From Macrostomum lignano (Eukaryota), in contig NIVC01002755.1 in NCBI GenBank assembly GCA_002269645.1, positions 79,150 through 143,149 on the forward strand: 64,000 bases of DNA. The letters run 5' to 3'. The stretch's first letter is position 1; every line of letters begins with the position of its first letter. The notes beneath the pieces are model-generated. The model saw nothing but the letters and a program-made list of their open reading frames with translations. It had not been told where the DNA came from and did no database searches. The translations under genes and the position numbers were made by a program. Positions 21,681 through 34,400 of this stretch are shown piece after piece.

Positions 21681-24600
21681 TCAAAAGAACGGCGTAACGC
21701 CCTGCGGCCACTCAACTTGGGCTCCGGGCCAGCGAGTCTGGATCAGCCGCTCGAGCAGGTGGCCCCGCTGATGATGCTGCGGATGCTGGTCCTCCTCATC
21801 AGTTGACTCGTCGTTACCGACCGGCTCTGTTGGCTGCGGCGGAGGCTGCGACTGCCGGCTGCTGCGCCGCCGCTGCTGCTGCAGCTGCTCGAGCTGCTGC
21901 TGCTCCTGCAGCATCTGCCGGTAGCGCCGGCGGGCCGACTTGCGGGCGGTGGCCACCCGGGCCTGGCGGGTGTCCACGGAGAGGCGGCAGGGCCGGAACT
22001 GGCTGGCCAGGCCGGTGTAATAGTACAGGTGGAAGGCCGTCTCCGAGCGCCAGTGCTCCATGAGGCGCGAGTGCGTGCTGAACAGCAGCCCGGCCTGGCC
22101 GCGGCGCCGCACCAGCCAGATGGGGAAGCGGGGAGACCGCAGCATCGAGCCCACGGCTGGCCGCGTCTGCAGCGCCAGGGATCAGGAGGGGAAAATAAGA
22201 AACTTCTGGTTGACTCCTTGCCACATCCTGTTCTATCCTATCCTCCCACCGATCACCAACCAGTTTCCCCACCGCATCCCATCCCATTCCCATCCCCATC
22301 CTCATCACCATCCCATCCCCATCCTATCACCATCCCCATCACCATCCTATTACCATCCCCATCATCACCATCATCATCCCATCCCCATCACCATCCTATT
22401 ACCATCCCCATCATCACCATCATCATCCCATCCCCATCACCATCCTCGTCACCATCCCATCCCCATCCTATCACCATCCCCATCATCATCCTATTACCAT
22501 CCCCATCACCATCCTATCACCATCCCCATCATCATCCTATTACCATCCCCATCACCATCCTATTACCATCCCCATCACCATCCTATTACCATCCCCATCA
22601 TCATCCTACCATCCCCATCACCATCCTATTACCATCCCCATCATCATCATCATTACCATCACCATCATCATCATCACCATCACCATCCCATCCCATCTCC
22701 ATCCCATCTCCATCCCATCCCATCGGTCACCTGCAGCAACCCAACATCCGGCCGCTGGGCCAGGCCAGTGCGCGGAGCGGGCAGCGGCGCCCCGGTCTCC
22801 GGGTCGGCCAGCTGGCAGCCATTGTGCAGGAAGCGGCAGGCGGCGCCGGTCAGCAGCAGGGTGAAGCCGGGCGTCGCCAGCTCCTCGTTGTCGTTGAGCA
22901 GCGAAGCCTTCGGCGCGCCGTCCCAGTCGGCCTGGATGCGCAGGAAGCCGCGCGACAGCACCAGGCAGTAGAGGAGCAGCAGGCAGCCCGGGTGCGACGG
23001 CGACGTGAACTGCGGGGGCGACCGGGAATTCCCAAATAGAGCTATTTTTAGCAACAGGAAGGAAGTACGTCGCATCGGTTGGCGCTGAAAACATAGTTGG
23101 CTAGACTAGCAATTCACTCAACCAGATATTCAAAGAACTCACAGAAACAAATCAAAAAAAATAAGTGAGTGAACATGTAAGACTAAAACAAAAGAAGCGG
23201 ATATTCAAATTGAAATACCCAGGTATCAGATAGAACGCAAACGGAGGCGGTGAATCCTGGGGGTTTGTTAAAGTGCAACAAAGCAAAAAGCAATAAGAAT
23301 GCTTGAGGTCAGGCGGAAAGGGGAAGAGCAGGGCTGTGCTGGAGCGTTAAAATTGTGAGCAAATTGAGTTGCAGACATAAAATGTGCAAAACAGGTGGGT
23401 GATTCTGGGAATTTTAGCTTCAAATTTACCTTGCGCATGGGGCACACAAATCCAGCTGAAAATATTGCCAAGTACGAGCGTACAGATCGGGTTATCAATA
23501 AAGTACGTTTCCAAGGGCTGAGCTGTAGTTATAAAATGAAAAAAACTGAGGGTTGAGCTCAAACAAGTAAGGTTAGTGGGGTTGGGAAATAAAATTTTAT
23601 TACTGAGATTGCCCCACAGATTGTCAATGCTGGGATTGAGCCATAGACTGTTAATTCTGGGATTGGGCCATAGACTGTTAATTCTGGGATTGGGCCATAG
23701 ACTGTTAATTCTGGGATTGGGCCATAGACAGTTAATTCTGGGATTGGGCCATAGACTGTTAATTCTGGGATTGGGCCATAGACTGTTAATGCTAAGATTG
23801 GGCCATAGACTGGTAAAATTTTGGAATTGGGCGATAAACTGTTAATGCAGGGATTGGGCCATAGACTGTTAATGCTGGGATTGGGCCATAGACTGTTAAT
23901 ACTGGGATTGGGCCATAGACTGTTAAAATGCTGGGATTGGGCCATGGACTGTTAATGCTGGGATTGGGCTATAGACTTTTAATACTATGGTTAAAGCCAT
24001 AGACTCTTATTACTAGTAGATATTATACTAGTAACCCGGGGGAGTTGCCATAGAAACGAACTGGTGCAACTTTGGGAGATCAGTACTCACGTAGTTCTCC
24101 AACCGCCTGAGCCCATCCAGCAGTTCGGGCAGGGAGGTGAAGTAGAACAGGTGCAGTCGCTCGGTGAACCCGTCCTCCCTGTACTGGTCATCGCTGGGCA
24201 CGTGGCACTCGCTGGACGGCGCCGCCAAAGCAGCTCTCCGACCCTCGCCGGCGCGCCACAAAATGTCGGCCAGAGATTCGGCGAGCAGTGTCGGGCGCCG
24301 CGCCGGCTCCACGGCCAGCAGGTGGGTGCGGAACCGGTCCGGACAGTCGGCCGGGAACAGCAGGCGGCGCAGCAGCTGGGCCTGAACGCACAGCACCAGC
24401 GCCCTGGTGGCGTCGCGGTGCGCCAGCAGGCCGTACGGATGCGGCCCGGAGGCCTCCTGGAAGGTGAAGTGGGCGCGGCGCCACTCCTTGCAGAAGGGGT
24501 GGACGGCGTTGCCGAAGGTGACCTGGCGGAGGCGCAGGGCCTCGCCGCGGCCGATCGGGGCGCCGCCGAGCATCCGGTGGAAGCTGCCGACCCCGGAGCG

Positions 24601-25345
24601 CTGGATCGGCGGCAGCGGCGCGGTGTAGGCGGGCCGCAGGCCAAGCACAATTTTCCGGCGCGGCTGGCTCGGCTCCGCCTCCGCCTCCGCCGGCATCGGC
24701 AGCGTGTCCTCGCGCTTCAGCGCCACCCTGTCAGACTCGGAGGCCTGCGGCAGCGGGCGGAGGCCGCTCTTCTGCCTGCCGAGCGGGACAGACAGTCATT
24801 GCTCTACCCTTGGCTTCTGAATTCTACCCTTGGCTTCTGAATTCTACCCTTGGCTTCTGAATTCTACCCTTGGCTTCTGAATTCTACCCTTGGCTTCTGA
24901 ATTCTACCCTTGGCTTCTGAATTCTACCCCTGGCTTCTGAATTCTACCCCTGGCTTCTGAATTCTACCCTTGGCTTCTGAATTCTACCCCTGGCTTCTGA
25001 ATTCTACCCTTGGCTTTTAAGTTCTATCAATGGCTTCTAGTTTCTTTACTCTATGTGACCACCGACTGCTTTTGCCCGCCTGTGCAGCACAGCAGATTAC
25101 TAATCAATCAATAACAAATAATTCCGCAGTTCAATCAGCCCCAACCTGCGCAGGAAGCTGGCCTCCTTGAAGGTGGGATTCTCCACGAAGCTCAGCAGCC
25201 GGTGCAGCCCGTTGGAGTCAACGTCCAGCCGTTTCCTGCTGTTCAGCGACTCCCACAGGCGGGTCCGGTCGCGCTGGAAGGCGTCTTCGCTGTCCCAGTC
25301 GTCTGTTCGAGAGGACTGCGGCTGCTGCTGCTGCTGCGGCTCCAT
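21681..25345 (-). CDS. MINDY4B: MINDY4B-like inactive deubiquitinase (533 aa); exons 25345-25146, 24727-24091, 23009-22731, 22166-21681
   Basis: Kozak GCCGCCACGATGG. MINDY4/4B-type motifs: LGGAPI..EALRLRQVTFGNAVHPF..EW, DGFTERLHLF, GCLLLLYCLVLSRG, LLLTG, VGSMLRSPRFPIWL, FHLYYYTG and C-terminal TRWPGAQVEW..TPFF. Confidence 0.88.
22270..22722. repeat. (CAT/CAC/CCATC)-rich low-complexity tract, MINDY4B intron 3
   Basis: Direct reading. Confidence 0.9.
23625..24000. repeat. 27-bp minisatellite GGGATTGGGCCATAGACTGTTAATTCT
   Basis: Direct reading. Confidence 0.92.
24800..25020. repeat. 20-bp minisatellite GAATTCTACCCTTGGCTTCT
   Basis: Direct reading. Confidence 0.92.
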
Positions 25346-25394
25346 CGTGGCGGCTGCTGCATAAGTCAAAAAGCAGAGCAAAGAAAATCAGCCA

Positions 25395-26480
25395 GGACCT
25401 GGACCCAGATTCCAGGAAACAGGACCCAGATTATAGGAAACAGGACCCAGATTCCAGGAAACAGGACCCAGATTCCAGGAAACAGGACCCAGATTATAGG
25501 AAACAGGACCCAGATTCCAGGAAACAGGACCCAGATTCCAGGAAACAGGACCCAGATTCCAGGAAACAGGACCCAGATTATAGGAAACAGGACCCAGATT
25601 CCAGGAAACAGGACCCAGATTATAGGAAACAGGACCCAGATTCCAGGAAACAGGACCCAGATTCCAGGAAACAGGACCCAGATTATAGGAAACAGGACCC
25701 AGATTCCAGGAAACAGGACCCAGATTCCAGGAAACAGGACCCAGATTCCAGGAAACAGGATCCAGATTCCAGGAAACAGGACCTAGATTCCAGGGAACAG
25801 GATCCAGATTCCAGGAAACAGGACCCAGATTCCAGGAAACAGGACCCAGATTCCAGGAAACAGGACCCAGATTATAGGAAACAGGACCCAGATTCCAGGA
25901 AACAGGACCCAGATTCCAGGGAACAGGACCCAGATTATAGGAAACAGGACCCAGATTCCAGGGAACAGGACCCAGATTCCAGGAAACAGGACCCAGATTC
26001 CAGGAAACAGGAGACCCAGATTCCATGAAATAGAACTCTGATTTGGGAGTGAAAACTGGGGTTCAGGAACCGGAACCCCACACTTGTATAACAGAAATCG
26101 AAATTTAGGAATGAGAAACCCACATTTAGGAATCAGAATTAGAAAACTTAAACTCAGGAATCAGAAACCCACGCTTAGGAATCAGAAACCCACGCTTAGG
26201 AATCAGAAACCCACACTTAGGAATCAGAAACCCACACTTAGGAATCAGAAACCCACACTTAGGAATCAGAAACCCACACTTAGGAATCAGAAACCCACAC
26301 TTAGGAATCAGAAACCCACACTTAGGAATCAGAAACCCACACTTAGGAATCAGAAACCCACACTTAGGAATCAGAAACCCACACTTAGGAATCAGAAACC
26401 CACACTTAGGAATCAGAAACCCACACTTAGGAATCAGAAACCCACACTTAGGAATCAGAAACCCACACTTAGGAATCAGT
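25395..26480. repeat. Two 21-bp arrays: GGACCCAGATTCCAGGAAACA (25395-26030) and AGGAATCAGAAACCCACACTT (26150-26480)
   Basis: Direct reading; between NAGA and MINDY4B. Confidence 0.93.
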
Positions 26481-27024
26481 ATTTAGCAAACGGAACAAAA
26501 ACTCAAAATTAAGAACACAAAAGACCAAAACTCGCAAAATTGATTCAACAATTACCGATAAAAAGATTTTATTAAGAGAAAATCACTACAAGGCATAACA
26601 ATTCCGTACCGCAAACGGCAGACTATATAATCATTAGTAATCGCAATAGAAAAATATCATAGAAAAGTAAGGCAAGGGTTACTGAACCCAAGCTACATGT
26701 ATAAAAATGTGGGACTCGATTTCTCCTAGCAACCATTGGCCATTATTGGAGAGGAACATTTGTTGAGTTTGAATCACCTGGATGAGCAATTCCAGCAACC
26801 TCATGTACTTTGTATATTGTATGAATATTGGCAGCATTGGCAGCATTGGAACTCATGGCTGTGAATCAGACGACACGGAATCCAACCAGACTCTGCCTCC
26901 AGATCCGGAGCTTTGCTTCCGGCTTCATCCTGGTGCTTAAGCTGACATCCGCTTTGCGAAATACAATACAAAATCTAAGTGGGAAACCAAGTGCTGGATA
27001 AAAATGTACTGGCTAGTTGGCACT

Positions 27025-30000
27025 CTACAGAATATCGCCAAGTCCCGGCAGCTCGGCCGCTGGAACCGCGATCGGGACCGCCGGACTTCCGTTCGCGGCG
27101 GAGGCTGGCCGCCGGCAGTACACAAATCGAACTCCACCGCTGGGCAGCACGTCGAACTTGACGGCGGTGTCGGTGTCGGCGAACCGGCCGGCGCTGGCGA
27201 AGGTGAACACGTCGACGCAGTCAAAGGGTGGCTTGAGGCCGGCGGGCAGGGCGAGGTCCTTCAGGCTGACGCCGAGCCGGGCCGGGGTGCCGCCGTCGGA
27301 GTTGTAGTAGAGCACGAAGGCGAAGTCGCCGCGGGACATGAGCTTGCGCCACACCTGCACGTCGCCGCGCTTGAATAGCAGGCAGCCCTGTGGGTGAGCG
27401 GCGGCACAACTGCTGCTGTGAGCACAGCTGACAATATCTAATATTATAATTTTTTATGATCGAAAATTGATGAAACAGCAAAACTGGCCGAATCATACTA
27501 CTGATGCGAGTAGGCACTAACAGTACTGACACAACTTTTATTGATAACTGACCGGCAGACAGCGAGTAATTAATTACTCTTAGGCGTGCGGAAAGCTTGT
27601 CTAGACATGGAAGCATTATTTGGCCAGGGACACATTCCTATTTAAAGTGCTGTCTCTGTTTGCCGCTCTCTACTGACAGCTCCCTACTGGCCGCACTCTA
27701 CTGGCCGCACTCTACTGACCGCTCCCTACTGACCGCTCCCTACTGACCGCTACCTACTGACCACTCCCTACTGGCCGCTCCATACTGACCGCTCCCTACT
27801 GGCCGCTCCCTACTGACCGCTCCCTACTGACCGCTCTCTACTGGCCGCTCCCTACTGACCGCTCCCTACTGACCGCTCTCTACTGGCCGCTCCCTACTGA
27901 CCGCTCCCTACTGACCGCTCCCTACTGGCCGCTCTCTACTGACCGCTCCCTACTGACCGCACCCTACTGACCGCTCCCTACTGGCCGCTCCCTACTGGCC
28001 ACTCCCTACTGACCGCTCCCTACTGACCACTCCCTACTGACCGCTCCCTACTGGCCGCTCCCTACTGGCCGCACTCTACTGACCGCTCCCTACTGACCGC
28101 TCCCTACTGGCCGCTCCCTTCTGGCCGCTCCCTACTGACCGCTCCCTACTGACCGCTCCCTACTGACCGCTCCCTACTGGCCGCTCTCTACTGGCTTCAT
28201 AGCCTCACCTGATATCCCATTGGATCCTTGTTGATGGCGATGGCCAGCGCGTTGCGCAAAATCCTGGCACTGTCGGTCGGCACAGAGCGTAGGTCCAGGC
28301 TAAGTATCAGAGGCGCGGACCAGAGGCACCAGAAGGCCATCTGGGCCTCCTGCTGCACCGGGCTGAGGCCGAAGTCGCCAACGATGACCATGTCCGGGTC
28401 GTTCCAGTGCTGCGGCCCGTTCCAGGTACTCATGTTGGCGTCGTTGCTGCCCCAGTAATCGATGATGCTGGCCACCGAGGCCCAGGAGTCCTGCGGGCGG
28501 GCAGCGGGGTTCAGGGAGAACTTCGGGAATTCGGGTTGTTGGATCCTTAGAACCGATTCTACTGGGCGATTCTGGGAGATTCTACTGGGCGATTCTGGGA
28601 GATTCTACTGGGCGATTCTGGGAGATTCTACTGGGCGATTCTGGGAGATTCTACTGGGTGATTCTGGGAGATTCTACTGGGCGATTCTGGGAGATTCTAC
28701 TGGGCGATTCTGGGAGATTCTACTGGGCGATTCCAATCTGGGCGATTCCAATCTGGGCGATTCCAATCTGGGCGATTCCAATCTGGGCGATTCCAATCTG
28801 GGCGATTCCAATCTGGGCGATTCCAATCTGGGCGATTCCAATCTGGCCGATTCCAATCTGGGAGATTCTACTGGGCGATTCCAATCTGGGCGATTCCAAT
28901 CTGGGCGATTCCAATCTGGGCTATTCTGCTGGGCGATTACAATCTGGGCGATTCCAATCTAGGAGATTCTACTGGGCGATTCTAATGGGAGATTCTATTG
29001 GGCGATTCAGCCCAGCCTCACCTGGATGTCTCCATAGATGCGCCACATCGAGCAGGTCTTCTGCAGCAGGGCCGAGTCAATGCTGGACTTTTTTTCCTGG
29101 TAGGCCGGGTAGCTGCAGCTGAACACAATGGGCCGGCCGGTCTTGTTTAGGTAGCTGCCGAACTGCGCGTAGCCCGCCGCCTGCAGGTGTCGAGGTCGTT
29201 GGGACACTTTTTATTGAGCCTTGCCACTGGCGGGATATGGGCAGTCAGCAACCTGCCAACAAACTGCAACTTACTTACAGGCAACCTACCGACGGTCAAT
29301 CAACCTACCGACAGTCAATCAACCTACCGACAGTCAATCAATCTACCGACAGTCAATAAATCTACCGACAGTCAATCAATCAATCTACCGACAGTCAATC
29401 AATAAATCTACAGACAGTCAATCAACCAATCTACCGACAGTCAATAAATCTACCGACAGTCAATCAATCAATCTACCGACAGTCAATAATCAATCTACAG
29501 ACAGTCAATAAATCTACCGACAGTCAATCAATCAATCTACCGACAGTCAATTAATCAATCTACCGACAGTCAATCAATCTACAGACAGTCAATAATCAAT
29601 CTACCGACAGTCAATAAATCTACCGACAGCCAATCAATCAATCTACCGACAGTCAATCAATCTACCAGCAGCAGCAGGACACGCCGGGGCGCAAGAACAG
29701 CGGCCCACCTGCTTTGCCGGATCCGAGTAGCAGCCGTCCAGCTTGACGAGATCGACGCCCCAGCTGGCGAAGGTCTGCGCGTCCAGCTGCAGGTTGTTGA
29801 TGCTGCCGGGGTAGCCGCCGCAGGTGAGGTTGCCGTAGTCGGCGTAGATGCCGAACTTGAGCCCGCGCGAGTGCACATAATCGGCGAGGGCGCGCATGCC
29901 GCCGGGGAAGCGGTCGGGGTCGCCCTGCAGCCGGCCCTGAGCGTCGCGCTGATGCGAGGCCCAGCAGTCGTCAACGGTGACAAACTCGTAGCCGGAGGCG

Positions 30001-30215
30001 AGCCAGCCGTCCTGCGCCATGCGGTCGGCAGTGTCCCGGATCAGCTTCTCGCCGATGCAGGTGTCCGGGTAGGTGTCGCAGTCGGTGACACAGCGAAACC
30101 GCTGCCAGGTGAGCCAGCCCATTGGCGGCTGCATGGCAACGCCGTTGTCAAGGCAACAGGCTGGTTGCAACGCCAAGAGGGCAAGCAGCGTGAGCAGAAG
30201 CAGATGCAGGGCCAT
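27025..30215 (-). CDS. NAGA: GH27 alpha-N-acetylgalactosaminidase (436 aa); exons 30215-29709, 29180-29022, 28490-28209, 27387-27025
   Basis: Signal peptide, LDNGVAMQPPMGWLTWQRFRC, DDCW, KFGIYADYG, nucleophile motif KLDGC, WRIYGDIQDSW, WNDPDM, AINKDPMG. FSCSYPAY has the NAGA-type Ser/Ala specificity pair. All introns are phase 0. Confidence 0.93.
27680..28195. repeat. 14-bp minisatellite CCGCTCCCTACTGA, NAGA intron 3
   Basis: Direct reading. Confidence 0.95.
28555..29010. repeat. 23-bp GGCGATTCTGGGAGATTCTACTG and 15-bp GGCGATTCCAATCTG arrays, NAGA intron 2
   Basis: Direct reading. Confidence 0.92.
29280..29665. repeat. About 19-23 bp repeat AATCTACCGACAGTCAATC, NAGA intron 1
   Basis: Direct reading. 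Confidence 0.92.
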
Positions 30216-30344
30216 TATGAAGGCTTTGTCAGATGGGACAGAGTTCGCTGCAAGGGCAAATGGGCTTATTTTCTATACGCTTACATGGCGAAAATAACCT
30301 TGACTAAATCAACTGATTTGGGAGGGAGATTCTCGAATGGAAGA

Positions 30345-31060
30345 GGTTTGAGGGCGATTCTCAGGGACTGTAGGTCAATTCTCAGGGACTTTAGGGCAAT
30401 TCTCAGGGACTGTAGGGCAATTCTCAGGGACTGTAGGGCAATTCTCAGTGATTGGATTGGAGGGCAATTCTCAGGGACTGTAGGGCAATTCTCAGTGATT
30501 GGATTGGAGGGCAATTCTCAGGGACTGTAAGGCAATTCTCAGGGACTGTAGGGCAATTCTCAGGGACTGTAGGGCAATTCTCAGGGACTGTAGGGCAATT
30601 CTCAGGGACTGTAGGTCAATTCTCAGGGACTGTAGGTCAATTCTCAGGGACTGTAGGGCAATTCTCAGGGACTGTAGGTCAATTCTCAGAGACTGTAGGT
30701 CAATTCTCAGGGACTGTAGGGCAATTCTCAGGGACTGTAGGGCAATTCTCAGGGACTGTAGGTCAATTCTCAGGGACTGTAGGGCAATTCTCAGGGACTG
30801 TAGGTCAATTCTCAGAGACTGTAGGTCAATTCTCAGGGACTGTAGGGCAATTCTCAGTGATGGATTGGAGGGATTTTCAGTGATTGGATTGTAGGGCAAT
30901 TGTCAGGGACTGTAGGGCAATTCTCAGTGATTGGACTGTAGGGCAATTCTCAGTGATTGGATTGGAGGGCAATTCGCAGTGATTGGACTGTAGGGCAATT
31001 CTCAGTGATTGGATTGGAGGGCAATTCGCAGTGATTGGATTGGAGGGCAAGCAATTCGCA
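30345..31060. repeat. 21-bp minisatellite GGGCAATTCTCAGGGACTGTA
   Basis: Direct reading; upstream of the NAGA start. Confidence 0.93.
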
Positions 31061-31490
31061 GGGAATAGAGATTTGAGGCCGATTCTCAAGGAAGAGAGAT
31101 TGGAGGGCGTTTGCCAAGCAATGGAGTTGAATAAGCGAGGCTTGGGGACGGGCGGCAGAGGCAAGAAGGGTTATTGTAAGACATACTAAACTTCTAAAGC
31201 AGAGCCGCTGTTAAAGAAAACTCAATCAATCAAAAAGCAGCACACAGCAGTTCGCAATAACTTGTGACGCAAATCTGAGAATAATGATATAAAATAATTA
31301 TAATTATAAATCATAGAGAAGCAGATAAACAGACTAACAGGATTATCACTAGGCTGCACAGTTGTGCGTTACAGAATGGCACCAGCATCAGGCTGCATCA
31401 GTGAGCATGCAATACTCAGTACAGCCTAGCAACCCAATTACACGGGGCTGGCGGCTGACCGGTCTGCAACTGTTTGAAAATCTTGAGTCT

Positions 31491-34400
31491 TCAAACCATG
31501 CTCGGTTTGCTCATCTCGATGAGGCGGCCGAGCTCCTGCTGAGCCTCCCAGAAGGTGTCAAATTCCTGGGGCTGACAGCCGCTGACCCCCGACAGGCGGG
31601 TGTTGCAGGCCTGCAGCGGGCACGACTGCAGGAACGTCAGGTTGTGCAGGATGAAGTCGCGCTGCGGGGCGGGTGCGGCATCGGCGTGTCATGCCATCGT
31701 GGCTTTGTGAATCATCTGTGTTCACACACTGTCTGTTGTGAATCATCTGTGTTCACACACTGTCTGTTGTGAATCATCTGTGTTCACACACTGTCTGTTG
31801 TGAATCATCTGTGTTCACACACTGTCTGTTGTGAATCACCTGTGTTCACACACTGTCTGTTGTGAATCATCTGTGTTCCCACACTGTTGTGAATCACCTG
31901 TGTTCACACACTGTCTGTTGTGAATCATCTGTGTTCACACACTGTCTGTTGTGAAGCTGCGACTCACGACATGGATTCACATATTGGTGTTCACATGTTT
32001 AGTTACACAGATTTCTTAATATTAAAATCATTTTTCTAATAATAAGAACAGTTTTACTGCACAATAAAGGCTCTACAAATTTTTAATGTAAAATTTAACT
32101 AGGGTCATAAATCAGGAGAAATTGACAGACAGATCAAAAGGTCAAAGCGGCTGTCAATTAATCAAATTAGGTTGTAAAAAATATTTTGTCTATAATTAAA
32201 GCACCTGTCAATATGACAACAAGCAACACCGAATCAATTGCAATACCGACACCCAGATCAATTAATTACCCAACCCGCCCAGTGCAATCAGCGAGATCCC
32301 AAACACTGATTTTGTGTTAGGTTGAAAATGCACAGTAAATTCTGCTTCAGAAGGCATCCTTTAGACTGGATGCAATTGAGGCCGGTGCCAGCCAGGTGCA
32401 AGCGATACTTACTCGCTGGAATTTGAGTCCGGATTGCAGGGTAATGAGCGATTCGTTGAGTACTTGACTTAATTTGTGAATAAAATTTGCAACACCAATC
32501 CGACATGCGATTCCTAGAAAATCATCTGAAATCAAATATGACATTCTCCGCTACCTGCACGAACAGATCTGCTAGCGAAGAAAGTTCAATGCGAGGTTTC
32601 GTGACGGCGACAAGGTGGGCTGTTCGTGACGGCAAGCGTGACGATGACAAGGTGGGTTGTTCGTGACGGCAAGCGTGACGGCGACAAGGTGGGCTGTTCG
32701 TTACGGCAAGCGTGACGATGACAAGGTGGGTTGTTCGTGACGGCAAGCGTGACGATGACAAGGTGGGTTGTTCGTGACGGCAAGCGTGACGATGACAAGG
32801 TGGGTTGTTCGTGACGGCAAGCGTGACGGCGACAAGGTGGGCTGTTCGTTACGGCAAGCGTGACGATGACAAGGTGGGTTGTTCGTGACGGCAAGCGTGA
32901 CGATGACAAGGTGGGCTGTTCGTGACGGCAAGCGTGACGATGACAAGGTGGGTTGTTCGTGACGGCGACAAGGTGGGCTGTTCGTGACGGCAAGCGTGAC
33001 GACGACAAGGTGGGTTGTTCGTGACGGCAAGAGTGACGGCGACAAGGTGGGCTGTTCGTGACGGCAAGAGTGACGACGACAAGGTGGGTTGTTCGTGATG
33101 GCGACAAGGCGAGTTTTTATGACCTTAAGGCGAGTTTTTCGTGACGACAAGCGTGACGGCGCCAGGCAGCAGGCAACAAGCAGTTGGTACTAACAAATGC
33201 TTTTCAGGCAGAGGCGCTGGCACACGAGAGTGCGCTCACTGAACATTTAGTCTGCTGCAGGACCTGTACTGATGCACTGGAGTGGAGGGGCACTCAGTCG
33301 ACACAGTAACATCCACAAGGCAGGCGCTGGTGCCACTCTGAAGACCATGCTGAGCAGTGTCTCAGTAACAATCTGTCTCAGTTAGCAGAACAGAAACTCT
33401 TACAGAGCCCGATCAACAGGCCAGTGTGAGTTAGTGATAATGTTTCGGTGCTCGGCACCCATAAAATATTTTCTCTAGGAAACAGAGTGACTCGCATCTA
33501 AGATGAGCACTCCACAGCCGCCTCACCTTGTCCAGCAGCTGCGCAGCGCTCAGACAGCGCCTGTAGTGCTTGACCTCGGCCGACAGCAGCGAAGCCAGGG
33601 CGTCGCTGACCGTGTAGTGCAGCTCGCGGGTGTACAGCTTAGCGAGGGACTCGGCGAATTTTACGAACGAATTTGAGAACACGTAGGTCATGCTGCTGAT
33701 GTCGAACTGGCGAGTCTGGCCTGCGGGGTAGGCGCGCATATTGACGATTCTCAGGGTGATCAAAGCTGATTCTCAGGGTGATCAGAGCTGATTCTCAGGG
33801 TGATCAAAGCTGATTCTTAGGGTGATCAAATCTGTTTCTCAGGGTGATCAAAGCTGACTCTCAGGGTGATCAAGCTGATAGGCAATTGGAAGTCAATTTC
33901 ATGAGAAATACTGGTTTCCTTTTCTGCTGATCATTAAGAATCCCAGAAAGGATTAAGCAATAAAGATTCTCTTCAGTTTTGAGTCGCCTACCCAGCGACC
34001 GCTCCGTGGCCTCGGGGCTGAACTGGCGCACAAAGGCGAGAAACTCCTCGGCCTCCTTGCGGGTGCCGCGCCGCAGCACCACCCATTTCTCCTCGGCAGC
34101 GCGCGAACTCGCCGCGTCGATCAGTTTCCGCGCCTGTCGCTCGATGGCAGCCTGCCAGGCCTCCAGACAGGCCGCCTCCAGCATGAAGGCTGCCTGCACC
34201 CGCTCGGAGTCGTTCACCGACTTGGCCGCCTGCTTGGCCGCCGCCCAGCCGCTGGCGAACTCGGCAAAGCTGGCGGGGGCGAGCACCCGGTGCAGCCGCT
34301 CTGCCAACTGCTCGATCTGCGAGGCGTGGATGGACTGGTGACTGACTGATTGACTGACTGACTGACTGACTGACTGACTGACTGACTGACTGACTGACTG

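Noticed and set aside
22029-23039. Plus-strand 336-aa and 303-aa His/Pro-rich ORFs
   Set aside because: They are antisense to MINDY4B exons plus a low-complexity intron.
32347-32544. Minus-strand ORF with a GTAAGT donor as an alternative EXOC8 exon
   Set aside because: The available acceptors are phase 1, but the upstream EXOC8 exon ends in phase 0, which gives immediate stops.
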